NCBI GenBank assembly: GCA_001772335.1
Contig: METM01000027.1
Span: 21,776-84,470 of the forward strand
Direction: 5' to 3'
DNA: 62,695 bases
DNA from: a candidate division WOR-1 bacterium RIFCSPHIGHO2_01_FULL_53_15
GTDB taxonomy: Bacteria; Margulisbacteria; WOR-1; O2-12-FULL-45-9; XYB2-FULL-48-7
The notes beneath the pieces were generated by a model that made no database searches, had not been told where the DNA came from, and saw nothing but the letters and a program-made list of their open reading frames with translations. This document shows, one piece after another, positions 29,273 to 37,788 of this stretch (the stretch's first letter is position 1; the number at the start of each line of letters is the position of its first letter). The translations under genes and the position numbers were made by a program.

Positions 29273-30751
29273 TTATATTCCTCTATTCCTCAAACTGGCC
29301 AAAATATCGATCATCGCTTGCGTATCAAGCTGACAATATTTCTCAAGCGCCGTACGGACTTTTTGAAGGTCCTTTGGATCGAAATTTTCACCAAAGGTGA
29401 CCCTGGCATATTCCCGGCTGGCCGTCCCGCCATCGGCGATCTCCATCCCCTTATAGCTGGAATCAGTCAGAGCGGGAAGAACATACTTTAGGGACGCGCT
29501 TCCCTCTTGCGCAGGATGATAGTAACTAAAACCGCGGAAAGGGACGATCAGATCAATAAAGCGCTTCTCCAACCGGCTAACCCAACTTATGTAGTCAGGA
29601 TAGGCTTTCGCCGATTTTTTCAGACAATTGATCTCAAAATGCATGTTCCAAGCAAGGACTGTTCCAGAACTGCCTAAAAGCGACTTTAGAAGTCGTAAAA
29701 TCTCCGGCCGCGGATCAACATCCCCCGGCGCCAGATAAGGATGATGGACAGGCTTACCGCCCTCTTTTTCAATGACGTGCAGGGAGAATTGGAAGGGGAT
29801 CCACTCATAAGGGTGGGTCAGATCATAAACCGGAACAGCAGGGTTAATTGTTTCAAAATCAAGCAGGTATAACGGATATTTTAGCTCGTCTAGAAAATCC
29901 CCGATCCCCTCCTTATCAATATGCGCTTTACCCGAACGATGGCTCTTAACTTGAATGAGCTGTTTGTCATTAAGATCGTCAAGCGGGATGTCGGTTAGCT
30001 TTAATATTCCCTGATCCAGCAGGGCGAATAAACGCTCTTTCCGGCCACGATAAAGCTGGAAGATATCGCCTTTTGGTAAAAATTCCCAACAAAGCCCCTC
30101 TAACGGACAAGGGTACGGATCCCCGCAATGCGGGCCGATCTTGACCTTTGGCTCCTGGCCAGCCATTATCGCCAGCGTCTCTTCTATCGATTTCTCCAAA
30201 CCTTGCCGGTACGGTTTGATCTTTTCAGTAATATCCACTTTGGTAAACAGCTTCTTGGGCTCAACTGGACCTTTTCGGAGATACTCTGTATTAATATGCA
30301 TCAGGTAACAGTGGCGGACCTTTAGTCCAGCACCGGAATAGACATATTTCTGGAAAGCCGTGTCGATTAGATGTTGTTCCTCAACGTCGGTCCCGCTTTT
30401 AACTTCAATAATATCCCAGGCGTTGTTTTCGACCGGGACAAGAATATCAGGCAAGGCATAAGTCCGGCCGTAGATCAGGCCGGCTTCAAAGAGCGGTTTG
30501 CGCAGCTTAAGGGCTTCTATCGACTTGGCGTGTGTTAGCTCCGGCATATTCTCACGGCCGATCAGGATTCCCTCCGGGTATAACTTGCGGGCTAATTCGC
30601 CGACAAGCGTCCCCTGATCGAAGATCGCCTGCGTTGCCGGGTCTGTCTCGCCAAACGCTTCCCTTTTATTAAAATCGCACCAGAGCAGCTTTGAACACTT
30701 TACTCCGTTAAGATACTTCGATTTTGAGAGGAATGGTTGGGGTTTAGGCAT
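29273..30751 (-). CDS. DUF2779 domain protein (Cas4/RecB-like nuclease N-terminus)
   Basis: LSKSKYLNGVKCSKLLW N-terminus and D..EVK nuclease-like core (WDIIEVKSG), typical of DUF2779. Confidence 0.7.
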   Translation of the reverse strand: MPKPQPFLSKSKYLNGVKCSKLLWCDFNKREAFGETDPATQAIFDQGTLVGELARKLYPEGILIGRENMPELTHAKSIEALKLRKPLFEAGLIYGRTYALPDILVPVENNAWDIIEVKSGTDVEEQHLIDTAFQKYVYSGAGLKVRHCYLMHINTEYLRKGPVEPKKLFTKVDITEKIKPYRQGLEKSIEETLAIMAGQEPKVKIGPHCGDPYPCPLEGLCWEFLPKGDIFQLYRGRKERLFALLDQGILKLTDIPLDDLNDKQLIQVKSHRSGKAHIDKEGIGDFLDELKYPLYLLDFETINPAVPVYDLTHPYEWIPFQFSLHVIEKEGGKPVHHPYLAPGDVDPRPEILRLLKSLLGSSGTVLAWNMHFEINCLKKSAKAYPDYISWVSRLEKRFIDLIVPFRGFSYYHPAQEGSASLKYVLPALTDSSYKGMEIADGGTASREYARVTFGENFDPKDLQKVRTALEKYCQLDTQAMIDILASLRNRGI

Positions 30752-30780
30752 TATTTATTCTTAAACCATCCTTTAACTGA

Positions 30781-30827
30781 TCCATCATCCCATACTCCGT
30801 CATATCACAATGGAGCGGCGTGATGGA
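30781..30827 (-). repeat. surE 3'-end remnant A
   Basis: 45/47 nt identical to surE 34978-35024. Flanks still read WLTGEV-ISITPLHCDMTEYGMMDQLK. Confidence 0.85.
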
Positions 30828-30850
30828 GATAACCTCACCCGTCAACCAGT

Positions 30851-32305
30851 TCATATCAAAAAGAAATACTCCAATGGGACCGTAACAATGTTATTGCTTT
30901 GATCATAATTAAGCAAAGCGTTAGTTATCAACAGGCCAAAAGCCCCTTTTTTTCTTCTCATTGTCCCGATCACCTGATCCGCATCCCTCTTTCCCCAGCC
31001 AACTTCTATCACAACTCTCTTACCGCCGATCTCCAGGATAAAATCCGCCCCACCCTTGGCTGAATCGTAACTTAAGGCAAATAGCGGCTGGCCGCCATAT
31101 TCACGCTGCAGGCAGGCTCCAACCGCATCCTCAAGCAGCTTCCCTTTGTACTTCAGGTCGATCGCCTTGGAATCGATAATGTTCAGGAGCGCCGCACGGA
31201 TGCTCGGGGCCGCAAATAAATATTTCGACGGCTTGCGCACTTTTTTCCCGATCGACCCGTAAGGATAGACCCGGATCAATAGTTCTGACTTTTCCAGCAC
31301 CGCTAAAACACCTCGCAAAGTCCTCGGATCAATATTCTCAACTCCCCTGACCATGGTCGGCAAACTCATTTCATCAAAACCCGCCAGCATAAAGAGCACC
31401 CGCTGGATCTGCGCCGATTTTTCCGCGGTGAAACTTTTTAGCAAGGGGACGTCCCGCTCCACGATCCGGTCTACGACCATGTTGAGAATACTGTAAATTT
31501 GCGCCTCTTCTTTATACAGCAGCGTGCACGGCAATGAATAATATTTCAGGTATTTACCAATCATTAATGGATCGATCTCCTGCCAGTATGCCCTGACAGC
31601 CGTCTGCAGGAATAATAACCGATCATAAGCGGCCCTGGAGTTATCAGAGCTGAAAAGCGCGTCCTTTATCTGGTAGCCCAATTTAGGCGGAAACCTGGTA
31701 TTTTGCCCTTCAGCGCGAAAAGTTGAGATCATTGCGTATTCAGTGAACTTCAGCGGATACATTTTCTCAAATAAGGCGCGCCGCGCAATGTCCGTGTTGA
31801 CGTTCAAAGCAACCGCTGAAGAGCCGGTCGCGATAATAAAAACATTCTTTGTCCGGTCATATAACGTTTTGAGGGCAAACGCCCATTTTTTATCATATTG
31901 GACTTCATCAACCAACAGCAACACTTTCTCCTTCATTGCCGAGAGCCTCTCTCCCAGCAATTCCTGGTACGCGTCTATAACTTCGTAAAGATTGCTATTG
32001 ATCCGATTGACCACGTCATCGAGCGAAATGTAGATAATTCTGTTTGGAAAATCCCCCTTGAAACGCTGAAAAAGCTGGGCCAGGACCGTTGTTTTCCCTA
32101 CTCCGCGCAATCCCGGTATAACAATCCAGCGCGGCTCCGCGCTCTGCGCTAAAAAGTCCTTGATCTGCTTTTCCAGACGATAATAGATAAAACGCTTAAG
32201 GAGCGGCTGCCCCTTTTCACTGCTGGAGATCTGACGCAGGACACCTGTTTCTTCTGACAGCTGGTTGCTAACATATTGCTTAATTAAATCTGCTTCGGCA
32301 AACAC
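30851..32305 (-). CDS. AAA-family ATPase of the AAA_14/DUF4143 type
   Basis: Walker A PGLRGVGKTT, Walker B LLLVDEVQ, and a C-terminal nuclease-like tail (GADFILE..VVIEV). GTG start after GGGAGGGG. Confidence 0.7.
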   Translation of the reverse strand: MFAEADLIKQYVSNQLSEETGVLRQISSSEKGQPLLKRFIYYRLEKQIKDFLAQSAEPRWIVIPGLRGVGKTTVLAQLFQRFKGDFPNRIIYISLDDVVNRINSNLYEVIDAYQELLGERLSAMKEKVLLLVDEVQYDKKWAFALKTLYDRTKNVFIIATGSSAVALNVNTDIARRALFEKMYPLKFTEYAMISTFRAEGQNTRFPPKLGYQIKDALFSSDNSRAAYDRLLFLQTAVRAYWQEIDPLMIGKYLKYYSLPCTLLYKEEAQIYSILNMVVDRIVERDVPLLKSFTAEKSAQIQRVLFMLAGFDEMSLPTMVRGVENIDPRTLRGVLAVLEKSELLIRVYPYGSIGKKVRKPSKYLFAAPSIRAALLNIIDSKAIDLKYKGKLLEDAVGACLQREYGGQPLFALSYDSAKGGADFILEIGGKRVVIEVGWGKRDADQVIGTMRRKKGAFGLLITNALLNYDQSNNIVTVPLEYFFLI

Positions 32306-32327
32306 TATGTGCCCCTCCCGCCACTAT

Positions 32328-32353
32328 ATTTTATTTACTATGGTATGACATTA
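32328..32353 (-). promoter_or_regulatory. conserved promoter-like element P1
   Basis: Minus strand: TAATGTCATACC-ATAGTAAA-TAAAAT, upstream of the AAA ATPase gene. Overlaps the perfect palindrome CATTACTATAGTAATG. Confidence 0.55.
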
Positions 32354-32440
32354 CTATAGTAATGCCAAGCGCAACATTTTCAGCGTTTTTATAACTATTA
32401 TTCATTGCTTTTCTATCCCACCGGCCAACATTTTAACTGT

Positions 32441-32489
32441 TCTATATAATTATACTCCGTCATGTCACAATGGATAGGGCGCAACAGGA
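32441..32489 (-). repeat. surE 3'-end remnant B (degenerate)
   Basis: The central 23 nt match surE at 21/23. It reads ...PIHCDMTEYNYIEQLK. Confidence 0.65.
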
Positions 32490-32495
32490 TTTTCA

Positions 32496-33032
32496 TTATT
32501 CCTCAATCTCAACCTCCCCTTCGCGATTAACTCTTAAAGAATTAAACTCGATATCGCCTTTTTTAATAGTTGACTGAATTGATTTAAGAATTTTTTCTTG
32601 TTTGCCATTATGCGGCTCATAAGCGACAAAATCAATGCTCTTTATTCTTTCACTTTCAGAATTCATGCCGTCAAATACAATAAAATCAACCGGATCAAAG
32701 ATCGTTTTAACATCCTGCGGATCTATTCCCTTCCCGGAAAAAAGCGGATCAATCTCTTTAAGCCTGCGTTTCGCTAATAACTGCCCTTTTCTCCTTGCTT
32801 TTTCCTGCTCCATGATCATCAACTCATCAAATCGTATTTCATAAGCTTCTTTACGCTGCTCTGCTTTTACAACTTTATTTTCATATTGTTTCAATTTTAA
32901 AAATTGATCATCCTTTTTCTCTCTTGAAGGGAACCGGAATTTTGCGTCAGAAAGATGAAATATCTCGCCGCAGCACGGGCAAACACCATAGATAGCCTGG
33001 AACTCATCGATAAGGTCTAATAACTTATTCAT
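32496..33032 (-). CDS. Zn-ribbon / coiled-coil / Holliday-junction-resolvase-like endonuclease family protein (paralogue 2)
   Basis: CPCCGE..F N-terminal ribbon, a charged coiled coil, and a C-terminal DPVDFIVFDG...I..IDFV module. The internal ATG 33032 overlaps the upstream stop by 8 nt. Confidence 0.5.
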   Translation of the reverse strand: MNKLLDLIDEFQAIYGVCPCCGEIFHLSDAKFRFPSREKKDDQFLKLKQYENKVVKAEQRKEAYEIRFDELMIMEQEKARRKGQLLAKRRLKEIDPLFSGKGIDPQDVKTIFDPVDFIVFDGMNSESERIKSIDFVAYEPHNGKQEKILKSIQSTIKKGDIEFNSLRVNREGEVEIEE

Positions 33033-33543
33033 CCTTGACCACCTCGAGATTGACCCTGCCACCCCTGACAATCCGCCTAATATCCTTCTGCGAATCTGAA
33101 AGCACCGCATTCCCTGATTTAACATCAATAAAAGAAATGAGATCAACCTTATTCTTGCTGGCCAGGTTGTTAAAAATAATATAATCGATCGGCTCATACA
33201 AAGCTCGGCAATCCTTAATATTATAAGGAAAACCACTAAATGAAGGGACTATCTTTTCCACGATTTTACCGAAATTCACTCCTGCCGTTGTGGCTTTTAT
33301 TCTTTTAGGCTTCTCGATTTTTTTGGTTCGCAATTTTTTCCTTTCCGCCTTAACCGTTGCCACGCGCAAATCCAAATCGGTCCATGTTTTATCATATGTC
33401 CTTTTTATCTTCTGGGGCAACTCCTCCTTAATTGAAAACATATTTGCTGATCGCGGGTAAAAACTTTCTTCGCAAGCGGGGCATTCTAATTTCAGGCCTT
33501 TGATACGCTCGATCTGTCTTATAATATCGCCTTTTCTACTCAT
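33025..33543 (-). CDS. Zn-ribbon / coiled-coil / Holliday-junction-resolvase-like endonuclease family protein (paralogue 1)
   Basis: CPACEE..F ribbon, a basic coiled coil, and EPIDYIIFN...V.LISFIDVKSGNAVLS..Q..I...V..G, resembling the archaeal Hjc-related endonuclease family. Confidence 0.5.
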   Translation of the reverse strand: MSRKGDIIRQIERIKGLKLECPACEESFYPRSANMFSIKEELPQKIKRTYDKTWTDLDLRVATVKAERKKLRTKKIEKPKRIKATTAGVNFGKIVEKIVPSFSGFPYNIKDCRALYEPIDYIIFNNLASKNKVDLISFIDVKSGNAVLSDSQKDIRRIVRGGRVNLEVVKDE

Positions 33544-33567
33544 TTATAATTTCCCCCTTTTAACTGA

Positions 33568-33598
33568 TCCATCATCGCATACTCCGTCATATCGCAAT
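33568..33598 (-). repeat. surE 3'-end remnant C
   Basis: 31/31 nt identical to surE 34978-35008. It reads CDMTEYAMMDQLKGGNYK*, and its TGA overlaps the next ATG. Confidence 0.85.
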
Positions 33599-33605
33599 CG
33601 GCACC

Positions 33606-34208
33606 TTATGCTTTCCTTCTCACCTCTGATAATGCGCGGTCAATAGGTTCAATAAAAAGCGCAAGATTATTGAACGCATCCATGATGTTCTCTGCAAATG
33701 TCCCTTTTCTAAGTATTTCTATCCATTCATCTGGGGACTGCTTTAATTCATAGTAAAAAATAAAATCATTATCGCTTTCAATTTTAATGCCTTTAAAACT
33801 ATTTTTTGCTTTTTCTGCAGCTAAATTAAAGGTTTCAGCGAATTTTGCGGGTTTATCTATTTTTGTCCTAATCTTCTCTGACCATATCCCGGCATTTGGA
33901 TGTTCATCGGCCGTCCCCATTAACCCATCCAAACTAATTTTGCCAACCCAAAGCGATACATGATCCCATTTATCTGTCCCAATTTTCCATGATTTTTTGC
34001 ATATTCCGACTTCGCTGTAGTTAGAATAAAACATTGGGGCTTCAAACTGTTTCTTGTCCCACCATTCACTTTCGATCAGTCTTGCTTTAACTTCATTCTG
34101 CAGACATGAAGCCATATTCCCTTCAATATCATTTACGCAATTAATTAATTTTGCAGTGTCCCCCCAATTTTCCAGCAGAAACGTCTCATGTTCTTTCGTT
34201 TTCTTCAT
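33606..34208 (-). CDS. hypothetical protein
   Basis: 200-aa ORF overlapping the preceding nuclease-like gene by 23 nt. No motif recognised. Confidence 0.45.
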   Translation of the reverse strand: MKKTKEHETFLLENWGDTAKLINCVNDIEGNMASCLQNEVKARLIESEWWDKKQFEAPMFYSNYSEVGICKKSWKIGTDKWDHVSLWVGKISLDGLMGTADEHPNAGIWSEKIRTKIDKPAKFAETFNLAAEKAKNSFKGIKIESDNDFIFYYELKQSPDEWIEILRKGTFAENIMDAFNNLALFIEPIDRALSEVRRKA

Positions 34209-34947
34209 CTCTGTCCTCCTTTATGCTTTTATTGATCCTAATGATATTATTTTCGATACATTCCTTATACTGTTCCGCCACCCATTTAGTTTTTTCTGCC
34301 TCAGCCATACGCGCAAAATCGTTTAGGCAGCGAACCATGGTATCCCACCCGACCCATGAAAACATCGTTCCCTCAACAACATCGGTAGCATTCTCCTTCG
34401 ACAAGAGAAATCCCCATCTACGTTTTTCATTGATGCCAAATGACTCGGCTCTTTTTATCAAATCCACTTCTTCCCTTTTAAGCTGTTCTTTTGTGGGTTT
34501 CATGCCGACCTTGTTTTCGATATGTATAATAAATCTATTCATTGTTTTTCTGATAATCTCGATATCTATCCTTGATTCATCCCCTGAAACTTCTTTCTTA
34601 ACACAGAAATCGGGCCCGTCAAGTATTTCCACGGGCAACCTTTTTTCCCTAATGAAAATACTAAAGAACAGGTCTTTTTGCGCATGAGTTTCTGTTGGGT
34701 CTAACAACCAAGCGAGAAATTTACTGTGTTTCATCTCATCATATGTAAAACCAAGAATATCTAATATGTTGATTTCTTCGGCATTCTTCCTTTGTTTTTC
34801 CCGGACTCCTTTAAGCATCTCTATAAATTGATTAATATATTTTTCATTTTCCGCTAATAACGATGAATAATATTTATCTTCAAGCTCAACAAACGAAGAC
34901 AATGTTCTTTTAAAGCGGCTTACTAATTGCAATGCGGTTTCAGGCAT
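34186..34947 (-). CDS. PD-(D/E)xK nuclease superfamily protein
   Basis: HSKFLAWLLDP ... ESRIDIEI ... FIIHIENKV is the D...E.K arrangement seen in stand-alone PD-(D/E)xK families. The ATG overlaps the surE TAA (TAATG). Confidence 0.55.
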   Translation of the reverse strand: MPETALQLVSRFKRTLSSFVELEDKYYSSLLAENEKYINQFIEMLKGVREKQRKNAEEINILDILGFTYDEMKHSKFLAWLLDPTETHAQKDLFFSIFIREKRLPVEILDGPDFCVKKEVSGDESRIDIEIIRKTMNRFIIHIENKVGMKPTKEQLKREEVDLIKRAESFGINEKRRWGFLLSKENATDVVEGTMFSWVGWDTMVRCLNDFARMAEAEKTKWVAEQYKECIENNIIRINKSIKEDRDEENERT

Positions 34948-35711
34948 TATTTGCTTTTATACCATTCTTTGATTTGTTCCATCATCGCATACTCCGTCAT
35001 ATCGCAATGGAGCGGCGTGATGGAAACATAACCTTGATTGATCGCATCAATATCACTATCCTGCTCGCCTTCCAGGTCAATAACCTCACCAGACAGCCAG
35101 TAATAAATCCGGCCGTGAGGATCGGTCCGCTTGTCGAATTTCTCGATAAAGGCTCGCTTGCTCTGCCGCGTAATCTTAACGCCTTTTACCTTTGACTTCA
35201 CCACCGCTGGAACATTGACATTAAGCAGTATCCCTTTCGGTAAACCTTTTTTAATGACCATTAAGGCTATCTTGCGAGCAAATTGGGCGGCAAAAGTATA
35301 ATCGGGCTTAGTAAATGTCCCCAGGGAGATCGCCATTGAAGGAATACCAAGGATAACGCCTTCCGTCGCACCCGATACTGTCCCCGAATAAAGGACGCTG
35401 AAGCCGGTATTGGGGCCGAGATTGATCCCGGAGATGACGAGGTCAGGTTTTTGCTTGAGGATCGCCCGGACCGCTAGCTTAACGCAATCGGCCGGCGTGC
35501 CAGTAGTTGAGTAAATATTTTTGTCCAACTGGTTGACCCGGAGAGGATCAGAGAGGGTGATCGCGTGACCGACCGCGCTCCGTTCGCTGTCGGGGGCGAC
35601 GATCGTGACATCCCCTATTCCCTTAACCGCTTTGTAGAGCGCCTGGATCCCGGCAGCGCTGATGCCGTCATCGTTAGTTAGAAGTATGCGCGGCTTACGC
35701 TTCCTAATCAT
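34947..35711 (-). CDS. surE: 5'/3'-nucleotidase SurE
   Basis: ILLTNDDGI..AGI, SGINLG.N and GYVSITPL motifs. Confidence 0.92.
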   Translation of the reverse strand: MIRKRKPRILLTNDDGISAAGIQALYKAVKGIGDVTIVAPDSERSAVGHAITLSDPLRVNQLDKNIYSTTGTPADCVKLAVRAILKQKPDLVISGINLGPNTGFSVLYSGTVSGATEGVILGIPSMAISLGTFTKPDYTFAAQFARKIALMVIKKGLPKGILLNVNVPAVVKSKVKGVKITRQSKRAFIEKFDKRTDPHGRIYYWLSGEVIDLEGEQDSDIDAINQGYVSITPLHCDMTEYAMMEQIKEWYKSK

Positions 35712-35752
35712 AAATTAAATTTTACTCTGTACACTGCCCAATAACAAGGCAG

Positions 35753-36169
35753 TTAGCGTTCGCCATTCTGGGCCTCGAGATAGACCTGCCGCCAGGCTTC
35801 CCGATCGATCGCCTCCTGCTCGAATTCATCCGTGGTTTTGACTGGATATAGAAGTGAATTCAATTCCCAGAGCTCTTCCGAGGTAAAGCTTGCCAGCCCT
35901 TTCCCCTGATAATATTCCCGCCACCGCGTCAGCTTCGGCTTGTCCCGCGGCGCCCGTCCATCGATCAAAAGCTCGACCTCTTCGCAACGGTTGAGGAATT
36001 TATTCGCTTTCCAGCGCTCCTTTTCGTCCAGATAAAAAAGGACCCAGCCTGTTTCGGGATCGATCGTCCATTTTTCGATCTTCAATTCCATTAAAAGCGC
36101 CTGGACAAAACCATCCTTTGGAATATCACCTAATTTGACTATCGCTTCAATAGTCTCGTCTTCCATCAT
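35753..36169 (-). CDS. hypothetical protein
   Basis: 138-aa ORF overlapping the upstream gene by 4 nt. No motif recognised. Confidence 0.45.
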   Translation of the reverse strand: MMEDETIEAIVKLGDIPKDGFVQALLMELKIEKWTIDPETGWVLFYLDEKERWKANKFLNRCEEVELLIDGRAPRDKPKLTRWREYYQGKGLASFTSEELWELNSLLYPVKTTDEFEQEAIDREAWRQVYLEAQNGER

Positions 36170-36381
36170 TCAACCTCCGCCCCGCATTGGGCGCATTTGA
36201 GCGTTGAGGAGATAATGTCCAGGTCCGGAGAGCCGCCGGAGAGAACCAGCCCCGATCTCCCTTTTGAGATCGACACTTCTTCCCGATAATTCGCCATCCC
36301 CTCATTGATGAACGAACTGCTCCCGCACGCGCAGGTATAAGTTTCGTTTTCTTCTTTTTGTTTAACTTTTTTCTTTGCCAT
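36166..36381 (-). CDS. small Cys4 zinc-ribbon protein
   Basis: MAKKKVKQKEENETYTCACG...(42 aa)...CAQCGAEVE. The internal ATG 36381 overlaps the ClpX-like 3' end by 20 nt. Confidence 0.4.
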   Translation of the reverse strand: MAKKKVKQKEENETYTCACGSSSFINEGMANYREEVSISKGRSGLVLSGGSPDLDIISSTLKCAQCGAEVE

Positions 36382-37396
36382 TGTTATTTGCCTCCTGTTT
36401 ACCAATATCGAACATCCGGTCCTCAAAAAACCGCCTGACCAGCGGGCCGACACAGCGCCCGCCCATTGCCTCGTGCGCTTTTGAAGCGGTGACGATCAAG
36501 TGAATTATCTCGGTATAGACGCCGGCTTCCTCGCCCGATATGGGAACATAGAAATTATACTCCTCCACTTCTTGCCTGATAAGCTGCTTGACCGCTTCCC
36601 CGTCAAGCGGCTCCAGGCGGATAATATTGCCGAGCCGATTGGCAAATTCCGGGATAAAGCCGTAGCGGACCAGGTCTTTATTATTTATTTCCTCTTTTTC
36701 TGCCAAACGGCCAAACGCCCCGCCAAAGATAAAGAGCACATTGCTGAAGTTAAACTTTTCCCGGTCATACTCCGTGTGGTCCGGCTCATAATAAACCTCC
36801 CCGCCGTCAATAATAGGGAGTAAATCTTGCTGGACGCCGCTGCCGGCAAAATCATCATCGCACCCCCAGCAGTTTCTGATCTTATCGATCTCGTCAATAA
36901 AGACGATCGCCCATTGAGCCTGTCGCCTTTGCTCTTTAGCCGAGGCCCGCAGCAGATCAACGATCTGTTCCGCGTGCATCCCGCCGCGGTAGCCCCGCTG
37001 GGTAAAATTAGTCGCATCAAGCTTTAGGTAAGGGACTTCGGCAATATCGGCCAGCGCCTTGGCCAGCATCGTCTTGCCGCAGCCGGACGGGCCGATCAGC
37101 AGCGCGTTCGTCTTGGGCAGCTGTTTCCCTTCTCGGGCCAACGCATAACGCTTGAGATGCTGGTAAAGGATGACCGACAAACTTTTTTTGGCCTCCGCCT
37201 GCCCCAGGACAGTTTTATTTAGCTCCTCGCAGATCTTTGACGGCGGGATGACAGGGTCATCAGCAAAAAGCTTCTCCTGCCTGGTGAGATTTTCCCGCCG
37301 ACCGCCCGCCGGCTCCTTTTCCGGCGCCACCAGCCCGTCAAACGCCCTGGCGATATCTTCTGCCGACAATAACTCTTTTTCCGACATTTTAAACAC
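36362..37396 (-). CDS. ClpX-like AAA+ ATPase lacking the N-terminal zinc-binding domain and the IGF-loop region
   Basis: L...V.GQ..AKK.LSV..Y.H.KR, Walker A IGPSGCGKTMLAKALA, pore-loop GYRGG, FIDEIDKI, GVQQDLLPIIDGG and GFIPEF.NRL all parallel ClpX. There are no N-terminal Cys residues and only a short segment where the IGF loop would sit. Confidence 0.7.
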   Translation of the reverse strand: MFKMSEKELLSAEDIARAFDGLVAPEKEPAGGRRENLTRQEKLFADDPVIPPSKICEELNKTVLGQAEAKKSLSVILYQHLKRYALAREGKQLPKTNALLIGPSGCGKTMLAKALADIAEVPYLKLDATNFTQRGYRGGMHAEQIVDLLRASAKEQRRQAQWAIVFIDEIDKIRNCWGCDDDFAGSGVQQDLLPIIDGGEVYYEPDHTEYDREKFNFSNVLFIFGGAFGRLAEKEEINNKDLVRYGFIPEFANRLGNIIRLEPLDGEAVKQLIRQEVEEYNFYVPISGEEAGVYTEIIHLIVTASKAHEAMGGRCVGPLVRRFFEDRMFDIGKQEANNNGKEKS

Positions 37397-37406
37397 CTCC
37401 GGCTAT

Positions 37407-37432
37407 ATTATAAAGGGAGCACAGTGACATTA
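37407..37432 (-). promoter_or_regulatory. conserved promoter-like element P2
   Basis: Minus strand: TAATGTCACTGT-GCTCCCTT-TATAAT, then a leader with GGAGG before the ClpX-like ATG. The plus strand shows the near-palindrome TGACATTATGTGTCA. Confidence 0.55.
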
Positions 37433-37521
37433 TGTGTCATGGTCAAGCAGATGCGCTTTAGGCAGATAGCGAACTCGGGCCCTGGCCGTTTCCAGATCGC
37501 TGATATATTCGTGGACTACTT

Positions 37522-37788
37522 TTACCACGCCCAGCCGCCCAGCTCCCGGAGGTCTTTTAGCGCCGGGCCTTTCAGGAACGAAAAAAGAAGAACTTTCTTG
37601 TGCTGGAAGGCAAACCCTTTTAAGGCGTAGGTCATCCCAAGTAAATAATCCTTGATCCGCCTCGCCTCCTCTTTGTTGACCGCTTGCTCCAGTGAAACGA
37701 GGATCTTGCCCGCCTTGCGGTATTTAATCGCCGCCTTTTTCCCCTCGTCATAATCCTTCGGACAATAGATCCTTGATATTACCGGCAT
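37522..37788 (-). CDS. hypothetical protein
   Basis: 88-aa ORF overlapping the upstream gene by 10 nt. Confidence 0.35.
   Translation of the reverse strand: MPVISRIYCPKDYDEGKKAAIKYRKAGKILVSLEQAVNKEEARRIKDYLLGMTYALKGFAFQHKKVLLFSFLKGPALKDLRELGGWAW

Larger units (their letters stand above)
29273..34946 (-). mobile_element. array of four 1-2-gene cassettes stacked at the 3' end of surE and separated by surE-3' remnants
   Basis: Direct repeats of the surE terminal sequence lie at 30781-30827, 32441-32489 and 33568-33598, plus the resident copy at 34978-35024. The region is visibly AT-richer than the flanks. Confidence 0.6.

Noticed and set aside
30781-35024. Whether the four spaced direct repeats could be a CRISPR-like array.
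   Set aside because: Spacing is 1.1-1.7 kb and the intervals hold full genes. The repeats are fragments of the surE coding sequence and decay with distance. No cas genes and no short regular spacers are present.
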